Part shown: positions 10,134-18,121 of the stretch, one piece after another | How the letters are laid out: the number at the start of each line of letters is the position of its first letter | How positions within the stretch are numbered: the first letter of the stretch is position 1 | Source of the DNA: Fonticula alba ATCC 38817 | Taxonomy: Eukaryota > Protista > Nucleariida | NCBI GenBank assembly: GCA_000388065.2 | Contig: KB932207.1 | Reading direction: 5' to 3' (one strand) | DNA: 23,506 nucleotides | Position numbers and translations under genes: made by a program | The notes under the pieces: generated by a model | Seen by the model: the letters and a program-made list of their open reading frames with translations, nothing else | What the model was told of the DNA's origin: nothing | Databases searched by the model: none

Positions 10134-11223
10134 TGTGCGCCTTTGCTTCGGGGCCATCCGCAGCATCCGGTATTGCCAGGAATGCATGCAAGTGAAGCCG
10201 GACCGCACACACCATTGCTCCATTTGCAATATTTGCGTCCTACGCATGGGTACATGCTCCGTCTTCGCCAGGGGATATGCTCTCCTCCTCTTTTGTCTTT
10301 GCAAGATCCTTTCCTCTCTCTCTCACACACACACACACACGCACACAACATGATGGACAGACCACCACTGCTCCTTCCTCGGAGTGTGCATCGGTCTCGG
10401 CAACCACAAGGCCTTCGTCCTGCTGCTTCTCTATAGCAGCATCTTCGTGTGGACTTGTGGTCTGACCAGCTTCGCTTCGATCGTTCGAGCCGAGGTGCGC
10501 AGGCCTCCTGGCCTTTCTCCGCCCCCCCCCCTCCCGCTGCCCTCGACCCTGGCCTGCCCCTTGCACCCCGGCCTGCCCCTTGCACCCCGGCCTGCCCCTT
10601 GCACCCCGGCTTGCCCCTTGGTCCCTTTTCTGCCCACCTCTGCTGACCTCCTGGGGCGCCGACAGTTCCGCATGTCGGAAATCCACCTCTTCTGGATCGT
10701 GGCCTCGGCTCTGTCGCTCTGCTTCGGCTTCGTGACCGGCGGCTTTTGCGGCTTCCACATGTATCTGATTGCCCGCAACCGGACCACCTTCGACTTTTCC
10801 TACTTCTATCACATCTACAAGGAGCTCTATGACCAGTACAACATGGGCCCGCGTGGGAACTTCGCCCAAATTTTCGGCACCAACATTTGGCTGTGGCCGC
10901 TGCCGACACCGAGCCAGTGCGCCCGGACGCCTGTCTATCGCCCTTCCCCCGCTCCCTTCTTCTCGCCCCTGCCCCGCCATCGACAGCGGCGCCCCTCACC
11001 CGCCCCGACCGGGAGCACCTCCGCCTAACCCGAACTACCGCCACCGCCCCTCCTCCCCTCTCTCGGTCTTGGCCCGTCCCCCCTGTGGGCCAGCTCCACT
11101 GATGGAGTCAACTTCCCCATTCGCTCCATGTATCACCCCGGTCGGCGGAGTGGATCTAGTTGGTCAAATGCCCCGGATACGGTCAACTCGTCGATCTACG
11201 TCTCGGACAGCGGGATGGTTTGA
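7987..11223 (+). CDS. DHHC-type protein S-palmitoyltransferase (ZDHHC2/15/20- or Pfa3-like), 7 exons; true start uncertain
   Basis: Exons (7987?)-8809, 9121-9362, 9710-9957, 10164-10249, 10361-10494, 10666-10916, 11094-11223 keep frame. TM1 is LILMLIRLLPPLLLFFLLGFGYY and TM2 is AYLLYFHTLVGMILWSL. The Cys-rich domain reads [47 protein letters not shown], followed by NRTTFD, YNMGPRGNFAQIFG and DGVNFP. Intron 2 contains an N gap that could hide an exon. Confidence 0.9.
8356..8403 (+). repeat. (CAC)16 trinucleotide repeat, poly-His in the DHHC reading frame
   Basis: Read directly; in frame with TM1 with no intervening stop. Confidence 0.9.
9012..9081. repeat. (CA)n microsatellite in DHHC intron 1
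   Basis: Long near-pure CA run; shorter CA runs at ~1904-1920, ~10323-10345 and ~16727-16742. Confidence 0.95.
9504..9688. other. Assembly gap (185 N) inside DHHC intron 2
   Basis: N run flanked by poly-C. Confidence 1.
10058..10133 (+). repeat. 76-nt poly-C homopolymer in DHHC intron 3
   Basis: Uninterrupted C run between a CTAAC branch-like motif (10031-10035) and the acceptor AG at 10162-10163. Confidence 0.9.
10551..10620 (+). repeat. 19-nt intronic minisatellite GGCCTGCCCCTTGCACCCC, 3 full copies plus a partial copy
   Basis: Copies at 10551, 10570 and 10589, partial at 10608, within DHHC intron 5. Confidence 0.9.
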
Positions 11224-11387
11224 CGTGCGGGCCACAGGCGGAAGGGGGGGGGGGGGGGGGGGGGGGGGGGGTGGACCCCAGCCCCCCGCCCTCTTCCCAG
11301 CCCCCATACCATCTGTACACATGCGCGCAAACAAAGGGCCGCGCAAATACATTGCACACGTGCACAAGATGAACAGAAGGCGAGGGT

Positions 11388-14300
11388 CTATTTGCCGGCC
11401 AACGCGGTGAGCTGAACATCGATGCTGGCGATGGTGTCGGTGATGCGCTTGTGCTCGTTGTTGAACTCGTGTCGCCGGGCATCCAGCGCGGCCAGATCCT
11501 CCAGGAAGCGCTGGCGCATGACGGGATTCCGCTGACGCGACGCCAGCTGATACTTGGCATTGTACTCGGTGTTGAGGTTGGCCAGCATCTCGCGGATGGG
11601 CATGAGCTCGGCGATGAGCTGCATGCGGGCCTTCTCCAGCTTGGCTGTGACGCACGCACACACGCACAAACGCACGCACACACGCAAAAACGCACGCACA
11701 CACGCACACACGCACGCACACACGCACACACGCACGCACACACGCACACACGCACAAACGCGCGCACACACACACACACACACGTGTACATGCACACGGC
11801 GCGGAGGGAACCGGAAATGGGGGCCGGGGACCGCGAGCGACAGCCGGGCCGGGGACGAATGCGAGGGACATGCGCAAGGAGGAAAGGGGCGGACAGGCGG
11901 GCGGTCAGTCAGGAGACCCGGTCCCCGAGCAGCAGGGCGAGCAAAGGGCGGACAGAGGGCCGTACATGATTCGGACTCCACCAGGGCCGGGCTGGGCAGG
12001 CCGCCGGTGTCGGAATCCGAGTCGGAGAAGTCCGACGAGGGAGGCGCCGCCGGCAGATCGCCCTCCACGGCCCCGGCCCCGGCCAGGGGACTGGGGCTGT
12101 GCCCATCGGCCGGGGTGCCAGGCCCGGGGGTGTGCTGCGACGTGACCACCGCCACGGTGATGGAGGGCGTCTGAAGGGGGGAGGCCGTGGCCGCCGGGCC
12201 GGGCGAAGCGCGCCCATCGGCCTCGGCACCGCCAGCCGGCGTGGAAATGGAGAACGAGCTGGCCGCCACGGCTGCCGGGCTGTCCGGGCCCCCACCGGGG
12301 GCACTCTTGCCGGTGCCGGGGATGGCCACGATGCCGGCTGTGGCCCCGGCCGCCAACGGCGAGGCCGCCGCCTCCGGCAGATCCCCCACCGGCAAGGCCA
12401 GATCCATGGGGACCTGCAGGGCATCGGTGGCCGGCATGTCCGGCAGCGGGGAAGCCGGGAAGGCCCCGGCCGCAAGATCCGCCGGGGCTGTGAGGATATC
12501 CGGGCTGGCGACCGCCGCGGCCGGCCCCAGGCCCGGCACCCCGACGCTGGGCAATGCCCGAGTGCCCACCGGCAAGGACTCCAGCGAGGGCAGCGTGTCG
12601 TCCGGCCCGGCGATCGAGAGGCTGGGCTCCGACCCGTCGGGGCCCAGCGGCGTGAGGACCGGCACCGAGGGCGACCTGGCCAGTGTCGAGGACGGCCGCA
12701 TGGGCGTGGCAAAGGCCCCGGCCCCGGGCAGAGGCAAGGGGGGCGACTCCACCCCCAGGGGCTGGTCCAGGGCGTCGGCCACGGTCGCCATCCCCAGCGG
12801 GGCTCCCTCCGGGGTGGGGGTCTCCTCGCGGCGGACCGGAGACCCGGCCGGCCCGGCCTTCGGCTTCGGCGGCGGGTCCACCTGATAGGGGATGCTGAGG
12901 CGGATTTGCTTGCGCGGAGGCGCCGGCGGGGGAACTTCCAGCTGGGCCACCGGCAGGGCTGGATGCTGGCGCTTGTATTGGTTGAAGTCCCGCTCGGTCA
13001 GCAGGACCTCGTCCTCCTGTGGGGCGTCCGCATCCTGGGCGAAGGCTGTGCCCGGGGATGACGGGGAGCCGGCCGGAGGGAGGGCGGCGGGCAAAGGCAC
13101 GAGATGCCGGGCGAACCGGCCGGCCGGCCAAGCCAATGGAATGGTGAGTCGAAGGGCGGAGCACTGGGCCGGGTGAACAGGCAAGAAGCAGCATAGGGCG
13201 CGGGGGGCCTGCCGCACGCACAGACGGTTCGGTAGACACTCTCATCGTCGAGGGCCAGCAGGCGCTGGACCTCGGCATCAACGTCGGTGATTTCCTGCCA
13301 TCCAATCGAAAGGGTGTCAGTGGCAAGCGGGGACGGAGGGCGGCGCCGGACGGAGGGCGGGGCGACCACATGGCGGGCGGCGAGCGCCGACAAAGGGCGA
13401 AACAGGGGGGGGGGGGGGGGGGGGACGCACCCGTGGTGGGAAGTCCGAGAGCCGGCGCTCGCGGATGTAGCGCAGCGGCGGCGCCAGGCCGTGTGGCCAC
13501 AAAAACGAGTCGATGACCGTGTCATCGGGCGGGGCGCGCACGGCCAGCTGGCGCTTGCTCGGCTTGGCCACCTTGCGCGAGGGCTTGCCCTCGGTGCCGG
13601 TCCCGGCGGGGTCGGCCGCGCCGGCCGCACCGGCAGCCGGATCGTCAGGCTGCACGGCCAGCAGGCCCGGGTCCAGGATGGGATCCATGCCGAGGGCCAC
13701 CCGGTAGGCGCGCAGCGGCTCGTCCAGCTCCTCGGCCACCAGCATCTGGGAAATGTCGCCGACCTTGTAGAACTGCCGCTGGTCCAGGGACCGGTGCGAC
13801 TCGATGATGCACGGCAAGTCCACCAGCCGGGCGGACACATTGCGCGTGGGGGTCTGGATGGTGGCAAACCGACGGCCCCCCTTGCCATCTGGCCACGGGG
13901 GTAGGGGCGGGGGGGGAGTTGAGGGGATTGTGTAAGGGGCGTCTCCTCCATAAGATGGAGGACCGACTGGCGAAGGAAAGAGAGGGGGAGGGGGGGGGGC
14001 AAGGGGGCCGGTCGTACCCTGGAACTGGATGCCATAGCCGTTGAGTTCGTGGCGGCTGAGGGACTCGCGCAGGGGCCCGGCCAGGTCCTCCGGCAGCCGG
14101 AGAAGGAAATGCGACTCCAAATGCACGCTGTCATCTTCGGTGGTCCGACGCTTGTCTTTTTTCTCCTTGCGGCGGCGCTCGCGATCCGTCCCACCACCGG
14201 TGCCGGTCCCCGGGGCGCTGGTGCCGCCGCTGGCCGAGGCAGCCCGATCGCGCTTGCGTTTGTCCTTTTCCTTGCGATCGCGCTTGCCACTGCTGCCGCC

Positions 14301-14981
14301 ACTGCCGCCGGGGGTCGGACTCCCGGCGGCCCCGGGCAAGCCCAGGACCATGGGATTGTTCGGGAGGAGCCCCGGCGAGGTGGGGACCAGCGGTGTGCCC
14401 GGGGTGGTGACTGCTGCCGCCGCCGCCGCCGCCGCCGCTGCCGCCGCCGCTGCCGCCGCCGCCGCTGCCTCGTCTGGTGTCCCGGTGCGCAGGACCAGCT
14501 TCGAGGCTTTGGAGGCGGACTTCTTCTTGGAGGAGGTCTTCTTGCCGGTGTGCCCGGTGGAGGATGTTCGCGGGGCGGTCACCGGCGCCTGCTTTTAGGC
14601 CATGCCAGTCAGAAGGGGAGGGCGGAAGCGACAGGGTCAGTGGGCACGCAGGACAGGGGACACAAAGCACAGCAGGGCATAGGCAGGGCATAGGCAGGCG
14701 CGCGAGGCGGAGCCAGGGGAGGCGAGGCTGGCACATACCGTCGGGGCGGTGATGCGGTCACCGCCGGCGCCCGTTTGGAGAGATATCGAGGGCCCGGTGC
14801 TGCCGGCGCCTCCGCCGGTCAGGGCCTTTAGCGACAGTTTCGGCAGGGCAGGCGAGGCGGCAGCGGTGACGCCCCCGGCCGGGGGACCTGCGCCGCCGGC
14901 ACCTACTCCCGACAGGGACAGCGAGATGGATATGCTCGGCCGGCCGGACCCGGAGGCCGGCGGCTGGCTGGCGGGGTCCAT
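11388..14981 (-). CDS. TAF7: TFIID subunit 7 (TAFII55_N domain), 6 exons, ~894 aa
   Basis: Exons 14981-14739, 14591(or 14588)-14018, 13888-13431, 13294-13222, 13045-11966, 11644-11388 (2685 nt, in frame). Motifs LESHFLLRLP, ARLVDLPCIIESHRSLDQRQFYKVGDISQMLV, WPHGLAPPLRYIRERR, DVDAEVQRLLALD and C-terminal RNPVMRQRFLEDL match recalled TAF7. Confidence 0.92.
11651..11783. repeat. 20-nt minisatellite CGCACGCACACACGCACAMA x5 plus CA run, in the last TAF7 intron
   Basis: Five 20-nt periods at 11651-11750, next to the acceptor AG at 11646-11645 (minus strand). Confidence 0.9.
14414..14468 (-). repeat. GCC/GCT trinucleotide repeat encoding poly-Ala in TAF7
   Basis: Read directly; similar poly-Ala repeats at ~2685-2709, ~3927-3958 and ~15799-15826. 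Confidence 0.85.
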
Positions 14982-15631
14982 CACAGGGCGTGGGATCGGA
15001 TGGCGAGGACAAAGAACACGAGAGGCCAGGCAGACAGGGGGAGGGGGGGGGGGGCGGGGAGCGGGGGGCGGGAGAGAGACTGGAGGGAGTGGAAGGGGTT
15101 GCCAGGCGGCCTGAGCACGCACGGGGTGCAGAGCGGTGTGCCTTCGGTCCCTCCGCGCCTGGGCGTATTCCCCCCTCCCCGGCGATCTCCCTCGCAAGGA
15201 GGCAGGTGAGACAGGGCGAAGGCTTCCCCGGACCGGGGGCTAGTCGCAGTCAGATGGCACAACGGCCACGGCGGGGGGCGGGGGGGCGGGGGGCGGGGGC
15301 GCGGCTTGCTGAACGCGAGAGGGCGGGAAAACGAGCGCCGGCGCGCTGTGTGTCGGGTTGGCATGTGACCTTGATCAGGTGCCGCGCTCCCCGGGCCCCG
15401 AGGCCCTCGCACGGGGATGACCGCGACACAGAGGCGCGCGTGCGAGTCGTTGCCACGACAAAGATGGGCCGGATCTCGGTCCCCCTCGTCTCCCGTCCAA
15501 CAGGCACATAAAGGACCCGAGCACACCAGACCCGTGCCCACGGCCGGCTACGCACATGCCTCTCCCTCGCTCCGCCCCCCGCCCCCCGCCCCCCCCTCTC
15601 CCCACGCCCATCCACACCCCCTGAACACACC

Positions 15632-17010
15632 ATGAGCGCCCCCGCCCCGCGCACTGTCCTGATCACCGGCGCCTCGTCCGGCATTGGCCGGGCCACGGCC
15701 CTGCGCTTTGCGCGCGACGGCTGGCGTGTCATCGCCACCGGCCGCAATGCCGAGGCTCTGGCCGCCCTGGAGGCGGAGATGGCCGCCGTGGCCCCGCCGG
15801 CCGCCGCCGCCGCCGCCGCCGCCGCCGGATCCCTGTTCAAGACCATCACCTTCGATGTGGCGGATCAGCAGTCGGTCGAGGCGGCCCTGGCCCCGGCGGC
15901 CCTGGACCACTGGGACATTGATGTGCTGGTGAACAACGCCGGCCTGGCGCTGGGCCTTTCCAAGGCGCAGGATGCCCGCGTGGACCACTGGCAGACCATG
16001 GTCAACACCAACGTCAACGGCATGGTGCGCTGCTGCCTGGCCACTGCCCCGCCGCCACTGCCCCGCCGCCACCAGCACTGACGCATGGGTCCCCCCCGCC
16101 CCGCCCCGCCCCCCCCCCCCCCCCCCCCCGGCCCTCAGGACGCGGGTGGGGGCTTCCACCACGCTCTTTGAGCCCAAATGGCTCATGGGCCGACCTTCGG
16201 CCGAAAAGCCCGCGCACTGAATCCCCCTCGCCCTGGCTTTTCACACCTCGCCATCGTGCACCGGCACCCGCTTTCGCCCCGTCCCCGCGCGGGCCCCGGC
16301 TCGCCCGAGGGCCGGGGGCAGAGGGGATTTCCCCCCCCCTCCCCCGCCCCGCCCCGCCCCGCCCCCCCTGTATGTATGACGACCAGCTGTATGTCACGCA
16401 TGCGCTGCTCCCGCGGATGGTGGCCCGGAATGCGCCCGGATCGCACATCATGTTTGTCTCCTCCATCGCCGGGCAGTGGCCCTACGTTGGTGGGAATGTC
16501 TACGGCGCCACCAAGGCCTTCGTCACGCAGTTTGCGCTGAACCTGCGCACGGACCTCCTCGGGACGGCGGTTCGCGTGACGAGCCTCGAGCCGGGCATGG
16601 TCGAGACCCCCTTCAGCAATGTGCGCTTCGAGTCGGACATGTCCAAGGGTACGCGCCTCGTGTGTAGCTGCGCTCGGCCCTCGAGCTGCCTCCTCCTCCG
16701 CGCCCCTAACACAGCAACCCCCCCCCCACACACACACACACAGTGTCCCAGGTGTATGACGGTGTGCAGTCGCTCACCGCGGAGGACTGCGCCGAGACGT
16801 ACGTATCGCTGGGGCCGCCGGCTTCCCTTGCTGTGCCTGGAAATCTGACCCGCCCCGTCGGCCCCCGCCCCGAGCAGCATCCTGTGGGCCACCACCCAGC
16901 CGGCGCATGTGAACGTCAACCGCATCGAGATCATGCCGATCCAGCAGGCCTACGGCGGCCTGGCGGTGCACCGCGACTTCGAGAAGTACCCCTTCGGCAA
17001 GAAGGACTAG
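15632..17010 (+). CDS. ydfG: NADP-dependent short-chain dehydrogenase, YdfG-like 3-hydroxy-acid/serine dehydrogenase, 4 exons, 280 aa
   Basis: Exons 15632-16024, 16387-16648, 16744-16798, 16878-17010 (843 nt). Motifs TGASSGIG, GR at the end of beta-2, VLVNNAGLALG, catalytic Ser in VSSIAG and YGATK. The stretch [35 protein letters not shown] and the C-terminal PAHVNVNRIEIMP closely follow recalled E. coli YdfG. Confidence 0.92.
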
Positions 17011-17320
17011 CGAATAGATGATGGAGGGCGGCCCCCCCCCCGGCTCGACCTGGCCCCGGCCCCGGCCCCACACGCGCCAAATACAACTGCCAATGCATTG
17101 GAACGCCCTTGCCCCGCGCCCGCATACACGCCGCAAGATAGGGGGGGGGGGGGGGGCATCTTCTGAGGGGGCGGCCCGAAGGGCGAAGGCGCTCGGTGTG
17201 CGCGCGCGCGCGCGCGAGTGTGTCAGGAGATTGCAGATGACGCCTACCGCTGTTGTTCCTTTTCCGCCCTCCCTCGCCCCTCCCCTCCCCTCCCCCCCCC
17301 CCCCTCGCCCCTCGCCCCGC

Positions 17321-18121
17321 ATGGCTGGTGTCTTCGAGTGTGACTACTGCGACGGGCGCCCGCGGATCCAGGCTGCGCACCGGCGGGCGCATTTGGCGTC
17401 GGCCGCGCACCGGACCAGCCGGGCGCGCTTCTTCGAGCGTCAAGTCGGCGTGGGCGCCGGGCGCCTGCGGGCCGCACACTGGCGGACCGCCGTGTCCGAT
17501 GCCTACCCAGCTGGCGGCTGGGTGCCAGCCGGCCGGGCGGATCTGCCGCCGGCGCCCGTGCCGAGGGAGCCCTCGACTGGCCGGCGGCAGGCCCAGCGCC
17601 GAGCCCGGCGTGCGCGGCGCGGCCCGGCCCCGGCCCCGGCCCGGCCCGACGAGGCCCACATGCCAGGTGGCCGGGGTGCGGGAGGGGCGGCCGCTGGCGG
17701 CGGTGCGCCCGCCCCCGAGCACGCGATCACCCGTCGGCAGACGGTCGCGCACCTGGCGATGGCCGTGCGCGAGGGCCTGCTCGTGGCCCCGGGGCTGGGG
17801 CTGCATGGCAGGGGGGATGTTGGGCCGCCGGTGGCGGTGGCCGCCGCGAGGATGGCCAGCCCGGGGGCGGCCCCCGGCCGCGGGTCCGCCACCACCGGGC
17901 CCGGAGAGGCGCGGTCCGATGCCACCGGGCCCGATGGCAGCACTGCCCGAAGCCAGGCCATTCCGGTGGCCGATGCCCCGGCTGTGCTCGCCGCCGGGCT
18001 GCTCTCGGTCCCGGGGGCCGGCGCGCGGGGGGGACGCCAGCGCGCCAGCTGGCCCCCGGGCGGCCCGGGGCGAGCAGACCCGCCGCCCGCCCGCCCGCCC
18101 GCCCGCCCGCCCCCGGGATAG
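17321..18121 (+). CDS. Matrin/U1-type zinc-finger protein, ZMAT5 (U11/U12-20K)-like N-terminus; exon structure after the finger unresolved
   Basis: ATG 17321 gives MAGVFECDYCDGRPRIQAAHRRAHLASAAHRTSRARFFE, a C-x2-C-x13-H-x5-H finger with RxxHL and a following aromatic pair. The frame stays open to TAG at 18119-18121; the remainder is low complexity. Confidence 0.55.
   Translation: MAGVFECDYCDGRPRIQAAHRRAHLASAAHRTSRARFFERQVGVGAGRLRAAHWRTAVSDAYPAGGWVPAGRADLPPAPVPREPSTGRRQAQRRARRARRGPAPAPARPDEAHMPGGRGAGGAAAGGGAPAPEHAITRRQTVAHLAMAVREGLLVAPGLGLHGRGDVGPPVAVAAARMASPGAAPGRGSATTGPGEARSDATGPDGSTARSQAIPVADAPAVLAAGLLSVPGAGARGGRQRASWPPGGPGRADPPPARPPARPPPG

Noticed and set aside
10551-11750. CRISPR-like arrays
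   Set aside because: The repeats are head-to-tail minisatellites with no unique spacers, inside eukaryotic introns.
16141-16215. tRNA gene (74-nt cloverleaf with a 7-bp acceptor-like stem and AAA in the middle loop)
   Set aside because: No U8, no D-loop GG, no U33, no TTC in the T loop, and five extra bases between the last hairpin and the acceptor strand.
16139-16330. TPP riboswitch, snoRNA or spliceosomal snRNA
   Set aside because: No UGAGA or CCUGAU TPP core, no C box paired with the CTGA at 16217, no ANANNA/ACA boxes and no Sm site.
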